Source: Antedon mediterranea
Taxonomy: Eukaryota > Animalia > Echinodermata
DNA length: 64,000 bases
NCBI RefSeq assembly: GCF_964355755.1
Contig: NC_092674.1
Span: 18,848,001-18,912,000, forward strand
Direction of reading: 5' to 3'
The translations under genes were made by a program, and so were the position numbers. This document shows, piece by piece, positions 1 to 42,946 of this stretch. The number at the start of each line of letters is the position of its first letter. Within the stretch, counting starts at the first letter, position 1. The notes below the pieces were generated by a model, which did not search any database, was not told the origin of the DNA, and saw nothing but the letters and a program-made list of their open reading frames with translations.

Positions 1-55
1 TATGTATAGTGAAACACTCACAGACTGATAGAACAACTAATAAGAAAGCACTTAC

Positions 56-30375
<30,320 letters not shown>

Positions 30376-30692
30376 GTTTCTGACAGTTTTCAAATGTTAT
30401 GGTTTCTTAGTAGTATGCATAAAACATTCAACTCACAGCCTCACATCTACAAACAAAAGCAAAATTTATATTATAATGTATATTATTTCATTTTATGACT
30501 AAAAATTGGATCGGCAAAAAAAGTTATTTACCTGCAAAAATGTAATTTAAAACTAAAAAAAGTCTATTTTCTGTTTATTTGTCTTTTTATAATTTGGCCT
30601 ATTCAAAGTCTGATTATATAAATCTTTATTTTGTATGATTTTGGGGAACAATTCATCTTTAATCTAAAAATCAAAACTACATGCAACACCTG

Positions 30693-30897
30693 AATTTATG
30701 TAACTACTATGTGAAGAGAATGTCAGCAAGTTAGTGACTGGTGTACTATGATAACTCTAATTTATGTAACTACTATGTGAACAGAATGTCAGCAAGTTAG
30801 TGACTGGTGTACTGTGATAACTCTAATTTATGTAACTACTATGTGAACAGAATGTCAGCAAGTTAGTGACTGGTGTACTGTGATAGTTCTAATTTAT
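30693..30897. repeat. 66-bp minisatellite, 3 copies
   Basis: AATTTATGTAACTACTATGTGAA at 30693, 30759 and 30825, with a partial start at 30891. Confidence 0.9.
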
Positions 30898-31384
30898 GAA
30901 GGAATTATACTGTAGTAAGCAGGATTTTTTGGAATCACTATTAAATTAGGCATTTCAGTGCAATCTTGAATATTTGTCTGTTTAATGAAAGAAAGATTAG
31001 ATTAAAAAATTCTAGTTTCGTAATAAATTATAAAAGTTGAAATCAGTAAAACTGCTGCCCTAGCATTGCTAGGAATCTCTTAATTGCACCATAGCTTCAG
31101 GTATTATACTAAGTATCTTGTAATCGCCCACTTTGTAAATGTAATCTTAAATATTTTACTAAAAAAACTACTATTTCTGTTAGTGTACTGTTATACAGAT
31201 AATTATAGAATAATTATATACTGTAAATGTGATGAATGAGGAAAATAGCTATTTAAAATTAAATAAATTTATATAAAACATATATTAGTTAAAGGAGTAT
31301 TAAATGTGCAGATACAGATATTTATATTTTTATGAGGAAAAAGAAATGTACGCTATTAAATATTAAAAGGATATTTCCCTTGAA

Positions 31385-31777
31385 TCCAGGACGATTCAGC
31401 CCTGAGATGATTCGGCCCACTTTTAATAAAAATTGTTATAAAATAAATAACTAAAAAAACATAATTTTATATTTAATATATTACTTCGAAAACTTTGTTT
31501 CGTGCATTCGCCAAGCGGCCAACAGCGTAACTTGTTTACATCGTTCGCGTGACTAAAAATTGATCATTTTCGACAATGTTTTCAAAATGTTTGCTTTATT
31601 GCATCTTTATCCCTAGTAGTGCTACACCATAGTTTCTCTGAAAATAAAGTTTGGGGAAAAAATCTTATTTTATACTTATAAAATGCATATAAAAGCTGAT
31701 AAATTTAATTGTGCCGAATCGTCTCAGAGCCGAATAGTCCCAGGCCGAAGGTCTCAGGGCCGAATCGTCTCGTTCCT
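31385..31777. mobile_element. Non-autonomous DNA element with inverted subterminal short repeats
   Basis: GACGATTCAGCCC / GATGATTCGGCCC on the left versus four GCCGAATCGTCTC-like units on the right. Confidence 0.6.
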
Positions 31778-31911
31778 TCAGCGTAGATCATCATCTCATT
31801 AGTAAGGGGTCAATCACATGATTCAAGTGTCTTCATTGTTCACTTTTATTATGAAATTCATGGAAACAGTTAAACTCTCAAGGTGTTTTTCTTTTTAATT
31901 AATAATTTAAT

Positions 31912-32336
31912 CGCCGTTGCTAAAGATACGGTACCGTATCCATGCTTTTAAAAACTAAAGATACGGTAATTATAGAGGGCGCTTCCGTTTGCTAACAGTA
32001 CGGTAAAATTGCATTCCTAAAACTCGTACCTAAATATAAAACTCGTTGCTAAATATTAAACTCCTTCCTAAATATTAAAAACCTAACCCTCTAAATAATC
32101 TCTCTTAAATTAAAAACTAAAAAAAAAAATTAAAAAAAGACGTCAAGAAGAGTATCGAACCCCCAACCCCTTAAGCCAAAGCCTCATCACATGCCCACTA
32201 GGCTACACAGCTGGCTTGCAGAAAACCAATGCAATAACCTATTTGATTAACATCCACATTACATAGCGCCCTCTATAATTACCGTACCTTTAGTTTTTAA
32301 AAGTATGGATACGGTACCGTATCTTTAGACATAACG
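31912..32336. mobile_element. Non-autonomous element with about 64-bp subterminal inverted repeats and an internal tRNA-like module; deleted inverted copy at about 39503-39660
   Basis: IR CTAAAGATACGGTACCGTATCC...ATAGAGGGCGCT at 31920-31984 and 32265-32328; AACCTAACCCT motif; minus-strand A box TAGCCTAGTGG and B box GGTTCGATAC. The same asymmetric outer ends flank the second copy. Confidence 0.8.
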
Positions 32337-33089
32337 TAATTTAATTATGGTGTATGGAAATCTCCTGAAAATGCTGTTATTTTTGTTTTTACACTCGACT
32401 GGTCATGACTGTCATCTATGCAAGATGGTTTCCGTAACATTAAAATCATGTATTTTAAATTGCGCAATGATTTCTTTACAGAATTTCAAACTATGCAAGA
32501 AAATTCTTTCACAATTTTATTTCAAATCATGCAAACAATACACTAGCCTATAGCTAATAATAGGCCTAGACCTAATATTAATTGCCAAAGCCAATGCCCT
32601 ACTATTATTACTTAGATCTAAACTAGGCCTAGCCTACCTAGCCTAAAAAGGCTATGCATAGATAGAATAGGCCCTCTAGCCGGCCGAGTTAGTAGCTAGG
32701 CTAGCCTAATTTATTTATTATAATCACAACACAAACAGTTGTGATTGTGTCCTTTCATCAGTTGTAAGACTTAGTTATGCCTACTACTAGCTAGGCCTGT
32801 AATCCACCATACACTCAAATAGGCCTTCAAATGGAAGATATATTGTCATATATAAGCATCAGTTCAGTCAGGCCAACCTAATTAGACAGCCTAGGCCTAT
32901 GTTTATCTGCCATTTTTGCGCGACAACCATAAACTGCTCCGCTCTGAGAGCTGAGATGCGCGCTCTTCTTGAGTGTGACGGAAGGGAACTGTGCCGAAAA
33001 TGTTAACAGTAACACATATTTATTAAGTAAATTATTATCAAAAACACACGGTCTCTACATTAATTTTTAGTGCAACAAGACATACATAC

Positions 33090-33255
33090 CTATTACTTTT
33101 AATGGCAGAAATATTTCATTTGTATAAATTTAAAAATACCCCAATTTTACGATAGTTTGTATCTTTCAACAGCATAAAATACTATATTGGGCTAGCCTAG
33201 CGCTACTACAAGTATTAACATTAGCCATTACGTCATTGGAGAATTTCCGGTTGGG
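33090..33255 (-). promoter_or_regulatory. Probable USP9X promoter and non-coding first exon
   Basis: Donor TAG|gtatgt at 33090/33089 can join the acceptor at 30446 upstream of the ATG. CRE-like TTACGTCA, CCAAT (attgg) and ETS TTCCGG motifs cluster at about 33227-33250 in a CpG-containing region. TSS is inferred. Confidence 0.5.
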
Positions 33256-33417
33256 TTCAGTAGTTTTTTTGGGGTCGATCGTCGTGTCGTCGATTATGAT
33301 CAAGAGAGAAGTGACGACACGCACGATGATGATAGGTCAGATTTTGTGAGCATGCTCTCTCGTCAACCTTCAGTTAAGTGGGGATATCATATTTTTGCGA
33401 ACGATGTTTTCCTTTTT

Positions 33418-33967
33418 CCCATTTACACTAGCACGATAACGATAAATAAATAAGCATGGTTTTTTTTTTACATAAAACAAAAGAAATTAGAAAGATTTTC
33501 GTTCTAGCTAAAGGATAATAATTTATTCTGTCTTTTAAGCGTGGTTCCCACTAGCGACGCAACGCAAGGACGTAACGCAACGCAAGTGAATTGACCAATC
33601 ACAAGCGATGGCTTATTCGCTTGTGATTGCTAACTGTCTATAACTTCGCTTGTCATTGGTTAAAACGCTTGCGTTGCGTTTACGTCCTTGCGTTACGTTC
33701 CAGTGGGAACCAAGCTTTATCAAAATTATATTTTTTAATTCCAATCAAATGACGTCATGATAAATAAAATCGCTTATTGGATATTATAGCTCTTACTAAT
33801 CATTACGTCATTTGATTGGACGTGTGGAAATATAATTTTCATCAAAGGAAGCATTATATAGATGGTTATTCTATAGTTATAGAATGAAAAGATTTTATAT
33901 TTCTTTTGTTTTATTATGAAAAATGCATCTATTTATCGTCGATCGTTATCGTCCTAGTGTAAATGGG
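33418..33967. mobile_element. Nested MITE cluster (Harbinger-like TIRs)
   Basis: Outer IR CCCATTTACACTAG(C/G)ACGATAACGAT; inner near-palindromic element AGCGTGGTTCCCACT...AGTGGGAACCAAGCT (33538-33716); third hairpin CCAATCAAATGACGT/ACGTCATTTGATTGG (33741-33820). Confidence 0.8.
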
Positions 33968-34075
33968 CATTTAATTGTAAAAAATTACATTTTAATTAGG
34001 CGATCTTTTAGAATAAAAAGATGTTATTTTAAAATCTGTATTTATTGTTTGTATTTCTTTCTGTACTCTATTCCG

Positions 34076-35700
34076 GTGGCAGGAGGGGAAAACCACCACA
34101 CGGCGCGCGCCCAAAAGGGGAAGTTACCATATCCAACTTTTCTAGACAAGTTTCCGTAGATTACAAATCTGGAAGGTAATTGATCGGGATTGGAATCGTT
34201 TTTTGAGATATATGGGGATCAAACTTCAAAATTGACCAATTATAACAATGTATTAAAGGTGCACATTCATCATTACAAAGGTCAAAACAAGTGATAATAC
34301 TAAATATGCCGTGAAACAAACAATTACTTTTTGGAATAGAAACAAAAAGTAGGCCTAATCACCCGCGGTTGCAATGAAGAGGCCATTACCTACAATTCAA
34401 TAGAAAATAAAATAAATAATAAATTTAATAAAATTAAATTAATAATTAAATACAATGCAAAATATTAGAAATCAATGAACACCTCTAGTGGCAATGGTAG
34501 TGTTTCCGACATTTCGACAATAGTGGCGTTCACATCGAACTATGGCTTGTTAATTTAACTGGTTTATCCCGATATCTCGCCATTTCGATGTGACCGCTCA
34601 ATTATGTCCGGATGATGGGTTTTTTTTCTGGACAATTATTGCTGCTTGGATTTAGAAGTAAATCCAATGATAGCCAGTTATTTTATGTGGGTAATCCAAT
34701 TAACAATTATATACACTGTAGGCCCTACATATTTTTAATGTTATGTTTTTGTTTTTTTACCGCACCACAAATTGTTTTTGTTTTTTGTGAATGCCACCGT
34801 TCTAAAAGTGAAGTGTAGAAAAGAAACCCATCAGGTGGCCTTCAGCCACATATGCACCAATGATTGAAGAATTTTTTAACTCAATTGACCATTATTATGG
34901 TCATTTTTATATTTAAAATTTGAATTTAGTTATTTTCATTGTGTACCCCATAAAATGTTTTAAAACTAACTAAAATGGTTTTCTGCCTGATCTCGCTCGT
35001 TGTTGCACCTTGGTTGTTGCACTGAATTTGTTCCTTTTTTATTTCTTCGTTCCACTGCCTCCTCACTGGATATCAGACATTTTAATTTCATTTATATGCA
35101 ATATTGAGAAATGGGGTCGACAGTCAAATGTCACACTTCCGGTAATTTTTTGGTAAAATGTTTTATTGGAGCAATAGAAATATGTACATTCTGAATCATA
35201 ATTAGTAGTTTTCGAGATATAGGACAACTGTAGTTTTCCCTTCTTATTTGCATATTTTATTTAACTTGTACTACTAATTTGCATACTTTTGAGGTGTATG
35301 ACAAAGGTGTGATTGTGGTCTGCTGGCTATTAGGAACCTATATCGGGGTCATTTGACGGCAAAATAAAGTCTCTACAGACATTTTAGTCACATTGTGTAT
35401 GCAAACATTGATAAATGGTGTCGAATGTTATACTTCCTGTCATTTTTTCGTAAAATGTTTTATTAGAGCAAATATAAATATATACATTTTGAATAAATCA
35501 GTGAAAAAATCAACTCTCTCGGACTAGTAGTTTTTTTATATATGATAACCCTGTAATTTCACCCCTAATTTGCATATTTAAGCTAATTTACATCGGGATG
35601 AGTGACAGAGGTGTGATGCTCAAATTTTGATCTCCTCATCATATCTGACCATTTAAAAAAGAAAAATCTGTGTTTCCAATTTGTTTCACTCAAAATGATA
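34076..35700. repeat. Probable non-autonomous DNA transposon remnants with an internal diverged duplication
   Basis: 35093-35290 and 35397-35590 align (ATGCAAA.ATTGA.AAATGG.GTCGA...GTAAAATGTTTTATT.GAGCAA...ATTTGCATATTT). Boundaries approximate. Confidence 0.45.
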
Positions 35701-35989
35701 GATTGCCTAGCCTAATTTAGGTAAATGATTTTTAAACATTTCATACGCATCAGAGGCATAGGCTGGTTGCTGTCTGGGGTGAAAATTGTAAATGCTGCGG
35801 GAATAACACGACCTCTGGCGCTGATCTGTAAGACAATTTTGAAAAATGGAGCTGCCAGGTCTCCGAAAAATTGCTGTTATACATTGATATAATAATATAA
35901 TATAATAATTTATTTTGAAGCTACACTTTTGAAACAGTGGCACACTTCTTGAATGAAGGTGCGTCCAGAGTAAGTAAAATAAAAGTTAG

Positions 35990-36400
35990 AGAAAAAATGA
36001 TTTAACAATAGGTATATTTACAGTACAAGGAAACTTGAAATGAATTATGTACAAAATTAAAAGTAATACAGGATTTAAAAAGCAAAGAACTCATTATTTT
36101 CATTGTTGATTTCCCTTCTCTTTTTCCATGCCCGTTTAGTGAAACCTTTACAAAATCTATCGAATGCAACTTCAATATTTATAGAAAGATCAAGTACAGG
36201 TGAACCAAGAACATACATTAATTTTTGGTCTATTGTTCCATTATTAAATTGGTTCCAAACGTCAATTGCATTGCAAATTCCTCTAGTCTAAAATTCCGGA
36301 GCGCAGGACATGAAAAACGGAATTAAATGCCTAAGATCTTCAGTGGATTTGTTACATAATGGTACATAGACCGTCATTATTGCTTTTATCTGACCAGCCT
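35990..36400 (-). mobile_element. LINE C-terminal zinc-knuckle/3' fragment
   Basis: Minus-strand peptides PLCNKSTEDLRHL and FCKGFTKRAWKKRREI resemble LINE ORF2 ends; frameshifted. Confidence 0.5.
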
Positions 36401-36949
36401 GCGGTACGTCTATATATTATATGAAACAAAAGTCTACAGAACCAGCCCACCATTGGAAAAAGCTAAGAAAATGTTGAAGACTATAGAGTTAATAGGTCCC
36501 CGAAATTGGATTATACAGTACTTCGAAATATGAAACAAAATATATCTCCAGGACCAGCCTTACCATTTGGGGGTTGAGCTAAGACAAGTCCCTGTAATTA
36601 CACTTTTTACATTGAAATATAAAACAAAATTCTATAGGACCAGCCCATCATGCTTGGGGCGGAGCTAAGAACATTTTGGTAAATAGAGTTGCTAGGTCCA
36701 AGAAATTGGACTTATTATATACTTCGAAATTTTGAAACAAAACATATAAGTATCTAGGACCAGCTCTGATTGGGGCTGACCTATTTTGAAAAAATAGAGC
36801 TGTTAGGTCCCCGGAATATGTACTTATTATACTTTATTACCTATACGTAATATGAAACAGCTCATGGTTGAGTCTGAACTAAGTCAATGTTGAAAACTAT
36901 CTGCAGGTCTTCATAAATTGCACTACTTTGTAACAGGGTGGATACATTA

Positions 36950-37279
36950 TTTTATAATTTAATAATTTACATTCATCTCGCGTGTACCAAATGTTCCTCC
37001 AAATTGTAACTTGCTCAGGCAATTATCGTTCGTAAATGTTATCTACATGTTTAATTTTGATGATGTCATCCATACATGGATTAGAATAAGGTACGTGGGT
37101 TTCGTAATTTCACCAATACACCGTACTGACACAAAATAGGAAGAATTCACTGGTACATAATTACTTCAGTTCATAGGATGGCATAATCAATTTCTACGCT
37201 CATATTATAACGTGCATGCATGTGCGCTTGTGCGGATAAACAACCCGCCCACAAGATTAAACAACGAGCTCAAATCTAG
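36950..37279 (+). mobile_element. 3' fragment of the same Helitron-like family
   Basis: GTAATTTCACC and ATAGGATGGCATA...AACGT..GCATGC blocks match 18148-18300; ends TCTAGTTT. Confidence 0.5.
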
Positions 37280-38403
37280 TTTATGATGAGATCTGAGATG
37301 GGCAATATTTAATAATTTATTTTTACAGCATAGGAAGACGTATTTTTACACTTACTACCCCTGGTTGTATAATGGAATAGTCGAAACAGCTAACAACCAA
37401 AGTACTGTATAAGTACAGTCAAAGAATATATCACAAGAATGAGTATTCCGCGATTTTTGCATGAGAAATTTGTAACAAAGAGCTCCAGAGAGTGATGCCC
37501 GCCCTCATAAGGGCGGATGTATGCATACCAAATAAGACTTGATTTGATAGATATTATACATGTCACATTAAATAGAATTATGATAATATATTTTGCAATT
37601 GTAAACTATTTCATAATACATATTGATTAACAAACTAGTGTACATTCACTTTTAAAGACAATTATTTACTAACATGCTAAATTAGTTCACAAAAAAGGCC
37701 TAACACAGCAACACCAAAAATCAACAAATCGTTACTCAGCACGGCCTATTCTTTACCATTGCCGCGTAGGCCTACTACCCTATGCCCGGTAAATTAAGTA
37801 TTGTTTTTATGATACAAATTATTATAAAATACATGTTATTAATAGGATTTAATGTTAAATTTCATTAACATTTATTTGTTTTACCAGAAACAAGTTAAAT
37901 ATAGGAATATTATTAAACTATATCCTTCGTGAAAACGCGTAAACACCAACACGCCCGGTCACGCTATCGTAGCGCCCGGTTGATAAAGCGAATTGTTTAT
38001 ACGGCAGTTTTTACTAAATAAATTGCATACAACGAACAATTAAATATCCAAACAGCATTTAACATGATGTTGGCATGTAGTTTTTTATCATGAAAATACT
38101 ACCGGTGGTCCAGCCTTTGATGAGTGAAACCGTCACAAAAAGTTGTATACATCCCAGATACATCCTCACTTATGGCGGCGCCCTACCACATGGACAATGT
38201 TACTGTTACAGGGAAAATTGCGGATTACTCATTCTTGTGATATATATTCTTTGGTACAGTTGTATATTGTACAGTGCAGTGCATTGCCAAAATTTAGGAA
38301 ATTAGCTATTAGGCCAGGCTAGTAGGTCAACATTTTGGCAATTTGAAACTGATTAATATATAATATCCATTCTATTGGCTGCAAGTAGGCATAGCGTCTG
38401 AGG

Positions 38404-41400
38404 ATGAGGTGGACTTTACTTTCTTGTATTGTTCTGGTTGTCGTTGCAATGCTGGCATACTTATTGTACACTCCAGCTCCTGACGGTATAACGGAACCCC
38501 TGAAATTTAGTGCTTTTTGCGGCATGCTTAAATCATGCTGGGTCATAGTAAGTATATATATATAATAAATATAACATGAGCCATATAATTATAAGTATTG
38601 GTTTAGTAGGCCTACTGTATTATTTCTGGATCGAAAACAAGCATGACACAAGTGACAAGCACCATATTTTGGTAATTTGTATGGTGGCCTAAAAGTGTCA
38701 TGGCTATTTTTAAATATAATACTGTATTAACAGCAATAAAAAAAAAAACACCCACAACAATTTAAACAAGAAATATTTCTTACAAAAAACGCTGCTCGCT
38801 TATTGACGTAACAGTTTTAAAGATATATTGTCCCTCTGAAAAATATTTTTTATTTCAAATTTGTTTTTGAATGTGTCATTTTATTGTCATATGATAGTTA
38901 TTTTACCTGAAAAAAATGTAATTAAAAGCAAAAAATACTTAAATTGTCAGTCAGACAACGTGGTTTTTGAGTTATAATTAAACGTTTCTTTTCTCTTTCT
39001 ATAATGTGAATTTTGTTACAGAAGTGAATAACTTTGATATGAAACAGACTCAATTTAGTTTATTTTATTGCTAAGGTCAAGTCTGGGGGTCACTTCATCA
39101 CACCTTAGATACTTCAAGTGTGAAGTATCATATTACAAACAAAAACTTTCATGGACTGTTTTGATAATAATTCAATGATTATCTGACAGCGAATTATAGT
39201 AATATCATGGGACTCATAAATACCAGAAATGCTTTGGGATTTGTCATTAGACTCTTTTCCCAGCCGTTTTTTGGATTCAACAGGTGGTACCTATAAATTA
39301 TAGTCGAGTTTCCATTTTAACAAAAATATCAAAGTGTAGCACTATACTGCTGCTTGATTTCATCTAATGAATGAGTCATCTCGTGTGACGTAGCGGGCTA
39401 GAGCAGCAGCGTGAAAAAGCCACGGCATTAAAAAGCATCCACTGCTATTTCAAAATAAAACATCATGGTTAATTAAAAATAAAACACTAGTAACATTAAA
39501 TTAACGTTATGGCTAAAGATACGGTACCGTATATCCATACTTTTTAATATTAGAAACGAGTTTTAATATTTAGGAACAAGTTTATATTAGGAACAATACA
39601 GGTTTTAGGAATGCAATTTAGAAGTTAGATACGGTACCGTATCTTTAGCCAGTGACGGCGTAAATTAAAAATTAAACACAGTGTAAAGAATGCCACGGCG
39701 GAAGTAAATGTTTAACAGGATCAGATTTTTTATTTGGGTAATTTCCTAAAGCCTACAACTTTAGTCAACATTATTCATCATTTATTTATAACAATTTATT
39801 GTAGCTTGTTAAAAATAGAACAAATCAATATTAAACATTGTACCTTGTAAGTTCAATAGTGCAAAAAATAAACTGCTGCAATAATTTACAGAGCTAGGAT
39901 AAGTACACAAATTAAAGATTCCAAACTTTACTTCAGCCGCGGTAATGGTAACCCACTTTCGCTGTGGCATTCTGCCATGGTGTTTCATTTTTAATTTGCT
40001 GTGGTATTTTTGTGATTTTTTATTTTGACCGACTTTTGTAATACAAATACATTGTAATTTAAAGTATCTTAGACTCATTAGGTTAGAAATTAACTTTTAA
40101 CTGTAATAGCAACTGCGAAAATATCAATACACAAAAACATCAAGCGAGTAGTACAGTAAATCGTAAGTAAAATTCTATATGCGAAAATATTGGCATATAC
40201 AGTAGGAGAAAGATGACATATCGCATTATTTCTTCCTACTACTTTATTTGTATGATTGTAGGCCAAGGCAATAGCATACTTTGATGATGGAGATTACCTT
40301 AAGCAGTATCGAAATATACGACATTGGTTGAAACCAGTTACACCATCAGATATGCCTGGATCGAACATAAGGTCTCGTGTGACAACATTCGATGGAATAA
40401 GAATACGTCTTTATGAACCAATCAGAAAACCGAAAGTTCTGCAACCTGCCCTGATCTACATCCATGGTGGCGGTTTAATCTTTGGCAGTACAGGTATGTA
40501 TTCCAAAGTCTAAATGCGTTTCTAAATTCTCTGTCCATCCTAATTGAAATATTGAGTCTCCATAAAAACACTGAAACAACAAAACACTGAAACAACATAT
40601 ACTGACAACCATCATTTTTAAAACAGCTCTGAAAAACTATTAACTTGATTTTATTTTAAATTATATTATTACCTTTGATATTTCAGAAAAATTGTAGCTG
40701 AATTATTGAAAAATTAATTTTCAGTTTGATTTTTAAGTAATGTAAAAAATGGTAACAAGATGTGGCAAAATTTATTGCAATGTATATTATGTGAGTGTCA
40801 CGATATGAATCAATGTTGTATATTTTAAGAAATGTAACATGCAACGTGAAAGTCATCAGTGTTGCAAGCAGATCTATGAACATAGGCCTCCTAGAAATGT
40901 CCTCAAACAAATATTAATATAATATATAATATACAGAAAAAAGTTAATTACTGTGACACAATGTAAACACCATTGAAATGTAGCTTTAAACTAACAGATA
41001 ATGCTTAAAAACAAAGAAAAAAGCTTATGAGTAGATAAATAGGCTAAATATGTAAATTATGATTTTCAAGTAATTTAGCTAATCATTTTTATATGTTTTT
41101 ACATATGTTAATACTGGAAATTATATTGTAGTTTTACAAATTCAAATATTTATTTTGTATACGTATTATGCAATTTATATTTATAATTATATCAATATTT
41201 TAGACACATATGATTCTTTAACACGAAAGGTAGCTGAGGGTTTGGATATGGTTGTGGCCTCAATTGAGTAAGTATACGTGATATATTATTGGCACAAAAT
41301 AAGTTATAAATTAATCAATGTTTATTTGATGGTTAAATTTAAACACATATGAATAATTCAGGTGTATCTTCATAATATTCATGGCTGTGCATTCAATAAT

Positions 41401-42492
41401 GACAGAAATTAAAGAATGAATATTACAATTAGTTATATCTTCCACTTTGAAACACAGAACTGAATTATATTGTTATAAAACATGTTTTTTATGAACTGGC
41501 CTAAAGATGAATATTTATTTTCCATTTCAATCTTTTGAGTTTACAGTTTTATATAACGCATTAGATTTCAGCTTCAAATTATGTACTATAGTTGTTTTCT
41601 GTATTCCTCATTAGGCCTAAGTTGACTTTTGTTTAGATTTTTTAACCTTTCATAATTATACAGTAGATCTGCCTATGATTATAAATCATGTGCTGTTTGT
41701 AGGTATAGACTGGCACCAAAATTCAAAGTTCCAACTCAAGCTAAAGACTGTCTTAAAGCAAGTTCATGGTTTATGCAAAATGCGGAACAGTTTGGCGTTG
41801 CTGCTGATCGCATTGGTATGGCAGGAGATAGTGCAGGAGGTCTGCTAACAGCTTACCTCTCCCAGATCATCCATGATAATGCATCACTCCCAGATCTAAA
41901 ATTCCAGGGATTAATTTACCCACTTACACAAGTACTGGACTTTTACACGCCTTCATATCAAAAATATGCTAAACTTTTCAAAGAGAAAGGACTACTACCA
42001 CGGTCTATGGTCATGTACATGTTAACCTCAGCTATAAAGAATGACGGAGATTTGTACAATGCTAGCATGTTCAATATGCATACATCTGCAGAGTTTAAAA
42101 CTAGATTACGTAAATTAGTTAACCATGATAATATACCAATTGAAATGAAAGATGAATTTTATTATAATTCACCAAATAAAGAAGATGGCAATGTGAAAGT
42201 ATGGGAAAAATATCGGTCAGTTCTGCTAGACCCAGTTCTTTCGCCCTTATTACGAGAAGATATGACGGGTCTTCCTCCAGCCTATATTATAACATGTGGT
42301 TTTGATAATATTAGAGATGATGGAATTCTTTATGCTAGGAAGTTAGAGAATGCTGGCGTGGAAACCACACTTGTCAATTATGAAGCTGGATTTCATGGCA
42401 TGTTTTGGGAAGATCGATTTTTTGATTTTGAATTGGGAAAAGAAGCTCTTCAGAAATTTATAATTCATGCAAAATATTTTTTATTACGCTAG
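38404..42492 (+). CDS. AADAC: Arylacetamide deacetylase / neutral cholesterol ester hydrolase-like (HSL-family alpha/beta hydrolase), 4 exons, 409 aa
   Basis: Exons 38404-38547 (MRWTLLSCIVLVVVAMLAYLLYTPAPDGITEPLKF, signal anchor), 40262-40493 (YIHGGG), 41204-41267, 41703-42492 (YRLAP, GDSAGG, CGFDNIRDDG, GFHG). Total 1230 nt in frame; CCAAT and TATA-like motifs upstream; AATAAA 42553. Exact paralog (AADAC vs NCEH1/AADACL) not resolvable by eye. Confidence 0.92.
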
Positions 42493-42946
42493 TAATGTTT
42501 TCTGCATAAATATGCTTTTTATTCATTAGAAACATACTACTGTAAGATATTAAATAAACTGCATTTGTTTGAGTAGTGTTTGAGTACTGCATAATGTTGA
42601 TGGCCAGCCAGTTCGACTTCGATATTTAGGTTAATATATCAACCACGGTATACATTGTCATGATTCATAATGTATTTTGAACTTCTAATGAGTGTGACCA
42701 GGACTGTGGTGTCATGTAAAAACAGATGTATAAAGATGAAGTAACCAAATTTTTCCCATTGATGTATTTATTTCAAATTTATAATCAAATATATTATTAA
42801 ATAAACTTTGAATATATTATTAAATAAACTTTGAAATAATATAATTTAATATGAAAAAAAAAATATTTGTCATGATTAATAAATTATCTAGCATACGAGT
42901 CGCATATAAATTACTAGACATTTCAGCCATGATGCTGACCCAACAG

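Noticed and set aside
17-55. Second donor-like GTGAGT or 3-nt microexon after the last visible USP9X exon
   Set aside because: The 34-nt extension is out of frame and the implied intron of about 30 nt is too short.
32140-32215. Real tRNA genes at 10708-10790, 32140-32215 and 43690-43765
   Set aside because: A/B boxes are present but I could not form convincing acceptor and anticodon stems; all lie inside repeats.
33923-34159. ORF considered as AADAC exon 1 (YFFLYSIPVAG)
   Set aside because: It straddles a MITE end and another repeat; 38404-38547 gives a much better signal anchor, YTPxP..EPxK motif and in-phase donor.
35707-35943. 78-aa minus-strand ORF between USP9X and AADAC
   Set aside because: No recognisable motif and surrounded by repeat remnants; cannot be supported without transcript data.
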